64,000 nucleotides of DNA from Lachnospiraceae bacterium (GCA_045593085.1 JAZNWA010000027.1:273-64272), one strand, 5' to 3'; shown: positions 1 through 9,967, numbered from the stretch's first letter. A program made the numbers and translations. The notes: generated by a model not told the origin, from the letters alone.

Positions 1-30
1 ACTTGTATTATGGTTTAAAACAGGTTTTAT

Positions 31-603
31 ATGATAAAACTAAGGCGGCAATATTTTATGAATAAAAAGGTAAAAATGATGAAAATATTTGAATTGCAAA
101 CGGAATTGAAGTCATATTCCTATCCAGTGGTGAAAATAATTATGTCTGTGTTAATTATTTTGTTATATTTTTGGCGATACGATTTGTTCGGACCTTTTAA
201 TAAAGCAATGGATGTAATTATAACAATACTAGGTTTTGTTTTTATGACATTAAGCATTTTGTGTATCTATATTTCAATTGGAGAGTTGTTCTGTGTTTAT
301 GAAAATAGAGCACCTGAAAAGAAAGTCGATGAAAAAGATACAAAGCTTGTTACGATGGACTATATTCTCAAGATAGTCAATGATAATGACATTATCGAAA
401 TAGAACTGTATAGTAATGGTCATGTGATTAAGGTTGGTGCAAGTTCAAATTGTAAAAATTCAAACAATATTTTTTATGACAAATTATTTTATGTTCATAA
501 AAAGAATTATGAAACGCTAGAGTTATTTAGAGAAGCAATTAAGGTTTATGTTGATAATGGATTTTTATATGTTGTATCAATTGATGGTATGCGACTAGTG
601 TAA
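31..603 (+). CDS. Hypothetical membrane protein (two N-terminal TM segments), probable Rhs-associated immunity protein
   Basis: 190-aa ORF with two hydrophobic stretches; AT-rich; lies directly before an Rhs core fragment. Immunity role is inferred from context only. Confidence 0.55.
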   Translation: MIKLRRQYFMNKKVKMMKIFELQTELKSYSYPVVKIIMSVLIILLYFWRYDLFGPFNKAMDVIITILGFVFMTLSILCIYISIGELFCVYENRAPEKKVDEKDTKLVTMDYILKIVNDNDIIEIELYSNGHVIKVGASSNCKNSNNIFYDKLFYVHKKNYETLELFREAIKVYVDNGFLYVVSIDGMRLV

Positions 604-626
604 GAACAGATAACTGAATTACCCAA

Positions 627-1367
627 TGAAATGGCTACCACATATATCTATGATGCAAGATGGTAACCGGATATCCAGTAACGATGCAGCTGCTATAGAG
701 GCTATATCTACGACAAAGAGACACAGCTATATTACTTAAACAGCAGATACTATGTTCCGGAGACGGGAAGGTTTTTGAATGCGGATGATGTGGCTTATTT
801 AGGAGCAGATGGAACACCGATAAGCTATAACCTGTTTGCGTATTGCATGAATAATCCGGTAAATCGATATGACAATGGCGGAACATTTAGTTTTCTTCTT
901 GCTGTTGCAATAGTTGGAGCAGTTATTGGAGCAGTTTCTCAGATTGTAACAAATGTCACAACAGGTAATGAATGGTATGAAGGTGTTGCTGGAGCTGCGG
1001 TAGGAGGAGCTATATATAATTCTGTTTCTTTGGCAACTGGAGGATGTACATTTGCTGCTTCATTCGCTGCTGCAGCGTCAGAAGCTATGGAACATACCTC
1101 ACTGATGATAAAAAAATAACAAAAGAAACAGCAATTGATTCTTTAAAAACTGTTGCGAAAGATACCGTGTTGAACGGAATAACTTATACCATAGCTGGCA
1201 AAGTTGCAGATAAGCTTGTGCCTGTAAACTATAAGAGCTGGTTTCAGCCGATTAAATTTGTTTCGTGTTTTACAGGAAAATATGCACAGAAAGTAATTTT
1301 GCAAACATTAACACAATCAGGCGAGGTATTTATAGTGAATGTAACAAAGAATTTTATGTTGGATTAA
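627..1367 (+). pseudogene. Degraded orphan Rhs core plus C-terminal toxin tip (module 1)
   Basis: From 694 the frame of ORF 775..1119 reads YRGYIYDKETQLYYLNSRYYVPETGRFLNAD...YNLFAYCMNNPVNRYDNGG, the Rhs-associated core. A frameshifted YDA-DGNRIS repeat is at ~645-680. A -1 frameshift near 1088 joins ORF 775..1119 to ORF 1044..1367. Confidence 0.85.
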
Positions 1368-1380
1368 CGGGGGGGATAAA

Positions 1381-2136
1381 ATGAACCGAAATTTCCAGAA
1401 ATTAATGAAACAAAGACATAAATATGCAAAACGTTATGGGTTTCTACTTATATTTGCAATTATGATTTCATTAACAACTATTCTATTTGTTATAGAGTCA
1501 ATTGGTCTCTGGATTAGTAGAAAATCCATTGCTAACTGCGGCTTTTATTTTGATTTGGTGTTGGCAATTATTGCAATTGGTTTAGATGTTATTACTTATT
1601 ACTATTGGAAAAAGTTGAAAAAAATAGGAATCGGAGCAAGCAGAGTGCAACCATATATTATGAAGCTGCCGTTTTATGACAAAGAAGACATATATTTACA
1701 AATTCAAAAACATGTAAAAATCACATCGCTGACGACGGACGTTATGCATGGAGTTACAAAGGGTCAACGAAATGTTCGATTATTTTTGCTGGAAATGCCG
1801 GAGTATCATAAAAAAGAATATAAAAATTTGACAAGTAAAGCAGTTCGTCATGCCCAAAAAAAACATGGAATGAAAACAAAGTTAACAATGTCAGAATCTT
1901 ATAAGGCGATACGAATCAATCTTTTGTTATTAGATAATTTTACTGAAGAGGCTTATGAAAGAGTAGAAGTAAATGCAAGTTATGATCTATGTTATGCAGA
2001 AGGAAATTTAAATGTTATCGTTGATTTAAAGACAATGACACTATATTTGCCTGCCTTTTTGGGAGATTGGTATGGCGCATCGGCAAAATATTGTTATGCG
2101 GTCAAGAAGTTGCTGAAAATATTACAACTAGAATAG
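1381..2136 (+). CDS. Hypothetical membrane protein, probable cognate immunity protein of Rhs tip 1
   Basis: 251-aa ORF starting 13 nt after the tip stop; GGGGGA RBS; two N-terminal TM helices. Confidence 0.65.
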   Translation: MNRNFQKLMKQRHKYAKRYGFLLIFAIMISLTTILFVIESIGLWISRKSIANCGFYFDLVLAIIAIGLDVITYYYWKKLKKIGIGASRVQPYIMKLPFYDKEDIYLQIQKHVKITSLTTDVMHGVTKGQRNVRLFLLEMPEYHKKEYKNLTSKAVRHAQKKHGMKTKLTMSESYKAIRINLLLLDNFTEEAYERVEVNASYDLCYAEGNLNVIVDLKTMTLYLPAFLGDWYGASAKYCYAVKKLLKILQLE

Positions 2137-2213
2137 AACAAAGTTGACGCTGATGTTTGGTTGTCAAATCCGGAAACTGGTGCAGAGATTACCGGAGTGC
2201 GAAGGAAACGTAA

Positions 2214-2238
2214 TGGAGTGCGGCGAAAATGGTAGACA
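2214..2238 (+). repeat. 25-bp dispersed repeat copy 1 (TGGAGTGCGGCGAAAA..GT/TGAGACA), possible IS3-family inverted-repeat remnant
   Basis: TGGAGTGCGGCGAAAATGGTAGACA here vs TGGAGTGCGGCGAAAAAGTGAGACA at 4727-4751; first 16 nt identical. Confidence 0.6.
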
Positions 2239-2627
2239 CGGCTTGTGGACTCATATGCATAGAAAATGAGGAAAAAACAAATGAACAAATCGCTCAAGAT
2301 ACTATGGAATCGCTATTTGACAATGGAGGAAAGATTTTGGGATTAACACCATTTACTAAATCAGCAAGCGTTGGTTTTAATCATTTCCTTAACGAACAGG
2401 TTGCGGATATATTTGGTGAAACGTAGGCGTTAATTTCGTTTTGTTTGCTATTGGTAGTCGGAGTTAGGGGTGTCATTTATGAACTTATAGGTCATGTTCG
2501 ATTTGAAAGACTGTTGAAAACAATAGGTATTTCAAATTCGTTTGATAAATTTTGGATTCTTGGAGTTGTTGTTCTTTTTGTCTTGTTGATAACCTATTTT
2601 CTCAAAGCCAAAATTTTAGTTAAGTAG
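2229..2627 (+). pseudogene. Toxin-tip tail / small membrane immunity-like fragments
   Basis: ORFs 2229..2426 and 2445..2627 are in the same frame, separated only by TAG at 2424-2426; the second part is hydrophobic. Confidence 0.4.
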
Positions 2628-2650
2628 GGTGATGTCAACTAATAGAGGAG

Positions 2651-3208
2651 ATGTTTAGTTTGAAGAAAAGACAGATGACAATTGAAGAATATAATACCGC
2701 AGGCACTCACACTATAATAATCAATAATGCTCGTTATCAAAAAGGTTTTCTAAAGGCTATTGAAAAGATTATTGAAGCTTTTTTGGCTGATAAGGAAGTA
2801 TTTTTTGGATTTTATAGAACGGATGGTTTGAATTTAACGCTAGAAGAACAAAAAACACTCGAAAATGAAATACCGGCTTTTTTTCAGAAAAATGGTGATA
2901 TGCAAAACATAAGCGAGTATTTGTCAGTAGCAAGAAGCAAGTTAAATTATGATTGTTATAACTATATACCATTTATTTTTGATTATTATCTTGAAACTAT
3001 AATGTTTCCCTCAAAAGTAGATTGGGAGATTTTTAAGCAACATCATTCGAATTACCAAGAACACAGGTTTGAAGAAATCATTACTAATCATTTTTCGGAA
3101 GTACTATTTTTTTATTTTGATAGTGGAGATTTTTTGATTTGCTTTAATCCTAAAATGTATAGTCCTAGAGAGGTTAGAAATATGATTGAACTGTTTTTTG
3201 TGGTATAA
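2651..3208 (+). CDS. Hypothetical protein, probable orphan immunity protein
   Basis: 185-aa aromatic-rich AT-rich ORF with AGAGGAG RBS, within the Rhs array. Confidence 0.6.
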   Translation: MFSLKKRQMTIEEYNTAGTHTIIINNARYQKGFLKAIEKIIEAFLADKEVFFGFYRTDGLNLTLEEQKTLENEIPAFFQKNGDMQNISEYLSVARSKLNYDCYNYIPFIFDYYLETIMFPSKVDWEIFKQHHSNYQEHRFEEIITNHFSEVLFFYFDSGDFLICFNPKMYSPREVRNMIELFFVV

Positions 3209-3251
3209 TTTCTTAGGGGCGAGATGGTTCTAAATACCTATATTATTACTA

Positions 3252-4280
3252 AGTTATGACACTTACAAAGTTGGTACCTACTAGTACAACGAAAATGGTA
3301 TCCGTATCGGGAAGAAGGTTGGAAATGTACAGACCACTTATCTGGTAGATGCAGGCGGAACCGTTCTTGCATTGGAGCGAGACAATCAGAAACTGATTTT
3401 CGCATACGATTCCACCGGAAGAAGAGAAGGATTCAGCTTCTATAATGGAAATAGCCTTGTTGGACACTATTATTATTTGTATAATGCACAGGGCGATGTC
3501 ACGGGAATCCTGAACCAAAACATGTATCTCGTTGTCAGCTATACTTATGATAGCTGGGGAAAACTGATTTCCTGTACAGGAGATGCGGCAGAAGTACTTG
3601 GAACCTTAAATCCATTCCGCTACAGAGGATACATCTACGACGAAGAAACAAAGCTTTATTACTTAAACAGCAGATACTATGATCCGGAGACGGGAAGGTT
3701 TCTTAATGCGGATGTTTATATCAGTACAGGGCAAGGTGTCTTGGGACACAACATGTATGCTTATTGCAACAATAATCCTGTCAATATGCGTGATAATAGT
3801 GGAGAAAGACCTCTTGGAGTTGCTATCGATTTGTTAGCATATTGGCTTTTCGGAAGTGGAGAGAATTGTTATTACGATGATGATTCATCTGTTGCAAAGA
3901 AAATGAAAAAATCTAACACTATGAAGAAAGCAATTGAGGAGGAAATTGCAAAATATGAAAATGGTGAAGACTATGGGATTGGTACTGTAACATTTGGAAA
4001 AAGTGAGCCAGATTTGTGGTTAGGTGTTCGAAATGCAACGTATGAACTTTCGATAAAAAAAGAGACTAAAGAAAGTGGTTTTTGGTTTTTTAAGAGAACA
4101 AAGACGCGATATGTCGTGGAAGTGAAGGTCTTTGATATCTATGACTTTAACATTGGGAACGAGGAAGGAGATGGAATGGGTAGCTTATTAAATAATATGG
4201 GATACTGGGCCCAAGAAAATAATTTCGGAACAGAATATTATTGGGAGGTAAATTATGTTTATAAAACGAAATGGAAATAA
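3252..4280 (+). pseudogene. Orphan Rhs core plus C-terminal toxin tip (module 2), 5'-truncated
   Basis: In-frame GTY*YNENGIRIGKKVGNVQTTY (TAG at 3282) continues into ORF 3372..4280, which has YLYNAQGDV, YTYDSWG, NPFRYRGYIYDEETKLYYLNSRYYDPETGRFLNAD and YAYCNNNPVNMRDNSG, then a ~145-aa unique tip. Confidence 0.88.
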
Positions 4281-4710
4281 AGTAATAGTGAGTTTGTGTC
4301 TCGTTCTATTAATCACAGTACTGACAGGCTGTCCTGCTGTAGAGGACTGGAGTTATAACGAGCTGCCTAATGACTATACAATAATGAGAGTCAATAGCAC
4401 AGATGTTCAATTTGGAAAAACGGAAAATCAACAATATGAAAAAAAACTCGAACGATATGTTATAGCTTTTTCTTATGGAGAACGATACATTGGAATACAA
4501 CGTATACCAATAGAAGCACCTTATAGTGAAGTGATAAAGGTTGAGGAGTTAGATGAATCAAAAGTAGAATATTATTTGATTGATTCTGAAACAGATGTGA
4601 TATATGGACCATGGACATTAGATGAATATAATGAGGGACTTGATAGGTTTGGCGTTTTGGATATGTGTGAGTGGATTTCAACATATTCAAGACCGGACGG
4701 GGCAGAATAA
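4255..4710 (+). CDS. Lipoprotein, DUF3997-like; probable immunity protein of Rhs tip 2
   Basis: Signal peptide with lipobox LTGC; DWSYNELPNDYTIMRVNS N-terminus resembles DUF3997 proteins (recalled, not searched); overlaps the toxin stop. Confidence 0.6.
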   Translation: MFIKRNGNKVIVSLCLVLLITVLTGCPAVEDWSYNELPNDYTIMRVNSTDVQFGKTENQQYEKKLERYVIAFSYGERYIGIQRIPIEAPYSEVIKVEELDESKVEYYLIDSETDVIYGPWTLDEYNEGLDRFGVLDMCEWISTYSRPDGAE

Positions 4711-4726
4711 AAATAGAAATTAAAAG

Positions 4727-4751
4727 TGGAGTGCGGCGAAAAAGTGAGACA
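4727..4751 (+). repeat. 25-bp dispersed repeat copy 2, possible IS3-family IR remnant
   Basis: Near-identical to 2214-2238, same orientation; lies at the right edge of the Rhs array. Confidence 0.6.
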
Positions 4752-4840
4752 CAGAGACTAATTTTTTTACCGTACTCCAAATGGAGGCTACTAAAAAGTA
4801 AGATGCAGATTTATGCATAATAAATAATGAATTGAAAAAT

Positions 4841-4886
4841 GGGTACATGCTTGTACAAAATAACTGGCGAGCATGTCCCTTTTTTT
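4841..4886 (+). terminator. Rho-independent terminator closing the Rhs array
   Basis: GGGTACATGCTTG...CGAGCATGTCCC stem followed by T7. Confidence 0.7.
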
Positions 4887-4930
4887 ATAATTTCACCAAA
4901 CAAAGAGTGATTAAACTCCGTAGCCTTTTC

Positions 4931-4959
4931 TTGTATAAGTGACAAAAAGATGGTATAAT
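4931..4959 (+). promoter_or_regulatory. Sigma-A promoter of the glycan cluster
   Basis: TTGTAT-17 nt-TATAAT with extended -10 TG. Confidence 0.65.
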
Positions 4960-5012
4960 AATAAATTGGACAAGACTGAAAAACAGTTTGTCCGGAACAG
5001 GAGTGTTAATCG

Positions 5013-5879
5013 ATGAAATATACTTCAGATACCATAAAAAAATTGCAGGATGTGCAATTAGAAATATATAAAGATTTTGAAACCATTTGCCGCCAATTGG
5101 ATTTGCCGATGTTTGTTATTGGTGGTTCCGCAATAGGAGCCTTTCGCCATGATGGATTTATTCCATGGGATGATGATATCGATGTTTGTATGATCCGTGA
5201 GGATTACAATAAGTTGATGAAAGCATTAGAAGAAAATCCTCATGAGAAGTACGAGCTCATTGCTGCAGAAAACCAAGATGGATATGTGCTTAGTTTTGGA
5301 AAATTTTCCAAGAAAGGTACAGAATTTATCGAGGGAGCACATAGTTATAGGAAATATATACCGGGAATTGCGATTGATATTTTTCCATATGATGCAACAG
5401 TAGCAGATGAGAAAGCAAGAAAGAAGCAGATTAAGAAATCCTGGTTTTGGAATCGTATCATGGTGTTGGCAGAGTATCCAACGCCAACCTTGCCACCAAA
5501 TATGAATCCTGCTATAAGAGTATCTGCCTTGGCGGCGTGTCGCGTGATTCATTGGGGATTAAGACTCGTTGGAATTACAAGAGCTAGGGCGTATAAGAAA
5601 TATTTGAAATATGCCGGAATGTATAATGGAAAAACAGATGCATATTTTGCAGATTTTTCCCATCCGAATCCGGAAAGTGTACGTGTGGCAAAAGATGTAA
5701 TCTTCCCGATTCGGGAAATTAAATTTGGTGATACCACGATTCAGGTTATGAATCAGGTAGAGGTTCATTTGACTGGTGAATACGGTGACTATATGCAGTT
5801 ACCGCCGGAAGAAAAAAGATTAAATCACCCACCGAAATACGTTAACTTTGGTGATGGTGAAATCATAGGAGAAAAGTAA
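5013..5879 (+). CDS. licD: LicD family phosphotransferase
   Basis: GGSAIGAFRHDGFIPWDDDIDV motif, IDIFPYD, and C-terminal YGDYMQLPPEEKR. Confidence 0.9.
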   Translation: MKYTSDTIKKLQDVQLEIYKDFETICRQLDLPMFVIGGSAIGAFRHDGFIPWDDDIDVCMIREDYNKLMKALEENPHEKYELIAAENQDGYVLSFGKFSKKGTEFIEGAHSYRKYIPGIAIDIFPYDATVADEKARKKQIKKSWFWNRIMVLAEYPTPTLPPNMNPAIRVSALAACRVIHWGLRLVGITRARAYKKYLKYAGMYNGKTDAYFADFSHPNPESVRVAKDVIFPIREIKFGDTTIQVMNQVEVHLTGEYGDYMQLPPEEKRLNHPPKYVNFGDGEIIGEK

Positions 5880-6868
5880 TGAATATTTTATATACCGTAA
5901 ATAATGGATTTGCATCACAGCTTGCATGTGGAATCTGTTCTGTATGTGAGAATAACATAGAAGAAGCACAGATTCATTTTTACGTTTTTTCTTTGGGAAT
6001 TACAGATGAAAACAAAGAAAAATTAGAAGCACTGGCAGCAAAGTATGAAAGAGAGATTTCCATTATCGAGATTAAGGATATGAAGGAATATCTTGATTTT
6101 GAATTTGACACCTTGGGCTGGAGTCCGGTGATTTTAGCCCGTCTTTTTATGGGCAAGATCTTACCGCAAGATGTTGAGAGAATCTTATACATGGACGGTG
6201 ATACCGTAGTGGTCGGCAGCTTACATGAGTTATGGAATACCGATCTTGAAGGTAATGTTTTAGGTATGAGCGTGGAGCCTACTGCAGATAGAAAAAGAAA
6301 AGAAGACCTGGGATTAAAGGATTATTATTATCACAACTCAGGCGTTTTGTTGGTAGATGTGAAAAAATGGCGCGAGGTACAGGCAGAGCAGTTGTTGATT
6401 GATTTTTACCGTCAAAAAGAGGGAAAATTGTTCGCAGCAGATCAGGATGCTTTAAATGGTGCGCTGAAGGGGCAGATTTATCCGCTACTTCCAAAGTATA
6501 ATTTTTGCAACATTTATTATCAGTATCCATATCGCTTCCTGGCAAAATTAATTGCACCGATGCAGTATTTTTCCAAGGAAGAGTTTGAGGATTGCAAGAA
6601 ACATCCGGTGATTATTCACTTTTTGGGTGAAGAACGTCCATGGAGACGGGGAAATACCCATAAATACAGCAAGGAATTTCATAAGTATTTAAATATGACA
6701 GAATGGAAGAATCTTCCGATGGAAGAGGGCTGGAGAATGTACTTTATCTGCTGGCGGATTTTTAATTTCGTTACAAAACCGGTTCCGGCACTTCGTTATG
6801 GAATCATCAATGGGCTCATTCCATACTTTATGAAATATCGTGCAAAACAATTAAAAAAGGATAAGTAG
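5879..6868 (+). CDS. Glycosyltransferase family 8
   Basis: RILYMDGDTVV (DxD), YHNSGVLLVD, DQDALN, IIHFLGEERPW motifs. Confidence 0.9.
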   Translation: MNILYTVNNGFASQLACGICSVCENNIEEAQIHFYVFSLGITDENKEKLEALAAKYEREISIIEIKDMKEYLDFEFDTLGWSPVILARLFMGKILPQDVERILYMDGDTVVVGSLHELWNTDLEGNVLGMSVEPTADRKRKEDLGLKDYYYHNSGVLLVDVKKWREVQAEQLLIDFYRQKEGKLFAADQDALNGALKGQIYPLLPKYNFCNIYYQYPYRFLAKLIAPMQYFSKEEFEDCKKHPVIIHFLGEERPWRRGNTHKYSKEFHKYLNMTEWKNLPMEEGWRMYFICWRIFNFVTKPVPALRYGIINGLIPYFMKYRAKQLKKDK

Positions 6869-6869
6869 A

Positions 6870-8108
6870 ATGCAGGAAAAGAAACTCAGTATCAAAGAAA
6901 GCGTTCTTTGGAATACGTGGGGAAGCGTGTTGTATTTGGGTATTCAATGGGCATTGACCGTACTTGTAGCTCGTATTTTGGGTTATGAGGACGCGGGGGT
7001 ATTCAGCCTTGCCATGTCTATTGCGAATATTTTTTATGCGCTGTCCATCTACGGAATGAAAAATTTTCAAATTTCAGATTTAGAGGGGAAATATTCGCCG
7101 GGGAACTATGTGACCAGCCGTTTTGTGACGGGCGGTGGTGCGTTTGTATTGTGTATTATTTTTACGCTCATCAACGGATACGACACAAAACAGACGGCAT
7201 GTATCATTGCGTATATGTTGTTTAAGTTGTCCGAAGCCTTTTTCGATGTGTGCCTAGGCTTTTACCAGAAGAACTGGCGCATGGACTTTATGGGCAAATC
7301 CATGACATTGCGTGGCATTTTGATGGTGTGCACCTTCCCGGTGGTTATGATTCTTACGAAGAATCTGCTTTTAGCGATTGTCGTTATGGCGATTGCGGTT
7401 TATGGTGTGATTATTTTTTATGATTTCAGACGCGCTATGGCATTGGAAAAAATCAGTTTCCGATTTGAGACAGTTGCAGTAAGAAAATTGTTGGTGGAGT
7501 GTATTCCGCTTGCGATTTATCTGATTCTATCCACTTGTATCGGTTCCATCCCAAGATATTTCCTTGAGATGTTTGAAGGAAATACGATGCTTGGAATTTA
7601 TGCATCGGTTGCAACACCGACGCTTATTGTTCAGATGGCGGCCACATACATTTTTAATCCGTTGATTACGGTTTTTGCAGAAAGTTTAAATGAAAAAGAC
7701 CGCCCAAGATTTGTAAAAACGTTAAAACAGTGCTTTTTTGCACTTTTATGTATATCCGTTGTGGGGGTTGCGGGGGCCAAACTTCTTGGTAGAATCGGTC
7801 TGCGCATCCTGTACGGTGAGAGTATTTTGCCATATGAATATTTACTCTTGCCAATTATTGTTTGTACTGTGACGACAGCCTGTGCATGGCTAATGTACGA
7901 TATCTTAACCATCTTCCGGGATTTTAAAGCGTTACTTATGGGAAATGGTCTTTCTGTGGCTGTTAGTGTTGCGATGTCTCTGATATTGATTCCAAACATG
8001 GGAATGCAAGGTACAACATTTGCATTAATGATAGGAAATATTTCTGGAATTGCCGTGTGTATCGTGGCGTTAATAACAAATACAAGGAAAAGACTTGCAA
8101 AAAACTAA
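6870..8108 (+). CDS. Polysaccharide flippase (Wzx-like / MOP superfamily)
   Basis: About 12 TM segments; LARILGYEDAGVFSLA N-terminal motif; glycan-cluster context. Confidence 0.8.
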   Translation: MQEKKLSIKESVLWNTWGSVLYLGIQWALTVLVARILGYEDAGVFSLAMSIANIFYALSIYGMKNFQISDLEGKYSPGNYVTSRFVTGGGAFVLCIIFTLINGYDTKQTACIIAYMLFKLSEAFFDVCLGFYQKNWRMDFMGKSMTLRGILMVCTFPVVMILTKNLLLAIVVMAIAVYGVIIFYDFRRAMALEKISFRFETVAVRKLLVECIPLAIYLILSTCIGSIPRYFLEMFEGNTMLGIYASVATPTLIVQMAATYIFNPLITVFAESLNEKDRPRFVKTLKQCFFALLCISVVGVAGAKLLGRIGLRILYGESILPYEYLLLPIIVCTVTTACAWLMYDILTIFRDFKALLMGNGLSVAVSVAMSLILIPNMGMQGTTFALMIGNISGIAVCIVALITNTRKRLAKN

Positions 8109-8123
8109 ATGCGAGGAGAAACT

Positions 8124-8912
8124 ATGGAACTTAAAAATCATACATTTGTGATTTGTGCCTACAAGGAAAGTGAATATTTAGAAGAGTGTATTTTGTCGTT
8201 GAAACAGCAGACGGTTGCATCTCATATTCTGATGGAAACATCCACGCCAAATGACCATATCAAGGGTTTGGCCGAACAGTATGAGATACCGCTTTTTGTC
8301 AATCCAAATGGAGGTATTACCCAGGATTGGAATTTTGGATTGTCCCACGTGACTACAAAATATGCAACGGTGGCACATCAGGATGATGTTTATGAACCGG
8401 AATATGCAGAGCGTATTTTGGAAAGTTTTGAAACTGCAAAACATCCCCTCATTGCTTTTTCCGATTACTTTGAGTTACGCGACGGGAAAAAAGTACACGA
8501 TACCACGATGCTGAAGATTAAACGGTTGATGCTATCGCCGCTTAAGATAAAAGTATTTAGAAAAAGAAAATTCGTCAGAAGAAGGATTTTATCCATGGGA
8601 GATCCGATTTGCTGCCCGGCGGTGTCTTTTTGCTTAGATAATGTTGAAAGACCTATTTTCAAAGATGGATTCAGAAGCTGTGAAGATTGGGAGGCTTGGG
8701 AGATAATTTCCCGCAAAAAAGGCGAGTTTATCTATCTTGCAAAGCCGCTTATGTGCCACAGAATCCATGAGGAGTCGGCGACAACAGCAATCATTAAGGA
8801 TAATGCCAGGGTAGAAGAGAACTATGTGATGTTCTGTAAATTCTGGCCAAAACCAATTGCGAAATTTATCAACCATTTTTATACAAAATCGGAGGATTCA
8901 AATAAGCTATGA
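8124..8912 (+). CDS. Glycosyltransferase family 2
   Basis: FVICAYKE...LEECILSL, AHQDDVY, EDW and HRIH motifs; start chosen after GGAG RBS. Confidence 0.85.
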   Translation: MELKNHTFVICAYKESEYLEECILSLKQQTVASHILMETSTPNDHIKGLAEQYEIPLFVNPNGGITQDWNFGLSHVTTKYATVAHQDDVYEPEYAERILESFETAKHPLIAFSDYFELRDGKKVHDTTMLKIKRLMLSPLKIKVFRKRKFVRRRILSMGDPICCPAVSFCLDNVERPIFKDGFRSCEDWEAWEIISRKKGEFIYLAKPLMCHRIHEESATTAIIKDNARVEENYVMFCKFWPKPIAKFINHFYTKSEDSNKL

Positions 8913-9607
8913 AAAAATTAATTATTATTCCTGCTTATAATGAAAGCGAATGCATTGAGCAGACGGTGCGTGATATTATGGAAAATGCGGCGGATTTTGA
9001 TTATGTCATTATTAATGACTGCTCTACAGATAATACCAGAGAGATTTGCGAAAGCAACGGATTTAATATTGTAAATCTTCCGATTAATCTTGGAATCGGC
9101 GGAGCGGTACAGACCGGATATATGTATGCGATGGAGTATGGATATGATGTGGCTGTTCAGGTGGACGGCGATGGACAGCATGACCCGCAGTTTTTGCGTC
9201 AAATGGCTGACTACATTGAAGAACATCAGGTGGATATGGTTATCGGTTCCCGATTTATCGAGAAAAAGGGCTTTCAGTCTTCATTTTTAAGACGCGCGGG
9301 AATTAAATATTTTACCGGACTGATCCGTTTGTGTACCGGTAAAAAGATTACAGACCCAACCAGTGGACTTCGCATGGCAGGCAAAAATGTTATCCGTTTG
9401 TTTGCGCAGAATTATCCAAAAGATTATCCGGAACCGGAATCTATGGTGGCCGTTTTGAAGCGCAAATTTATTGTGCATGAAATTCCGGTTGTGATGCGGG
9501 AAAGACAGGGCGGTACGTCATCAATTACGATGAAACGTTCGATATATTATATGGTGAAAGTAACAATGGCTATTTTTATGGAAGCATTAAGAGGAGGTAA
9601 GCGCTAG
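8909..9607 (+). CDS. Glycosyltransferase family 2 (DPM-synthase/undecaprenyl-P glycosyltransferase-like)
   Basis: IIIPAYNE, INDCSTD, NLGIGGAVQTG, QVDGDGQH, DPTSGLR motifs. Confidence 0.9.
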   Translation: MKKLIIIPAYNESECIEQTVRDIMENAADFDYVIINDCSTDNTREICESNGFNIVNLPINLGIGGAVQTGYMYAMEYGYDVAVQVDGDGQHDPQFLRQMADYIEEHQVDMVIGSRFIEKKGFQSSFLRRAGIKYFTGLIRLCTGKKITDPTSGLRMAGKNVIRLFAQNYPKDYPEPESMVAVLKRKFIVHEIPVVMRERQGGTSSITMKRSIYYMVKVTMAIFMEALRGGKR

Positions 9608-9608
9608 T

Positions 9609-9956
9609 ATGATGACATGGAAAGTTCGAATTATCATTATGACAGTCCTCTTGATTGGATTGATTGTCATTGTCAATTTGATTCGGAAAAGAAGTTTGGA
9701 ATTAAAATATGCTTTAACCTGGTTGTTACTGGGAACAGGAATGTTTGTGGTTGTTTTGGTCCCGGGATTGCTGGATGTGATTGCAAATTTCTTCGGTATT
9801 TATAATCCGATGAATATGGTATTCTTTTTGGGATTTTTATTTTCAATCCTTGTCATTTTTGGGTTGACAATGTCTTTGTCCAGAAATTCAGACCGTATTC
9901 GGAAAATGGCACAAACGGTAGCACTAAATGAATATCGAATGAAGAAGATGAAATAG
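9609..9956 (+). CDS. DUF2304 family membrane protein
   Basis: Small 3-TM protein (LKYALTW, FGIYNPMN) in its usual position after a DPM-like GT2. Confidence 0.75.
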   Translation: MMTWKVRIIIMTVLLIGLIVIVNLIRKRSLELKYALTWLLLGTGMFVVVLVPGLLDVIANFFGIYNPMNMVFFLGFLFSILVIFGLTMSLSRNSDRIRKMAQTVALNEYRMKKMK

Positions 9957-9967
9957 GGGTATAACAA

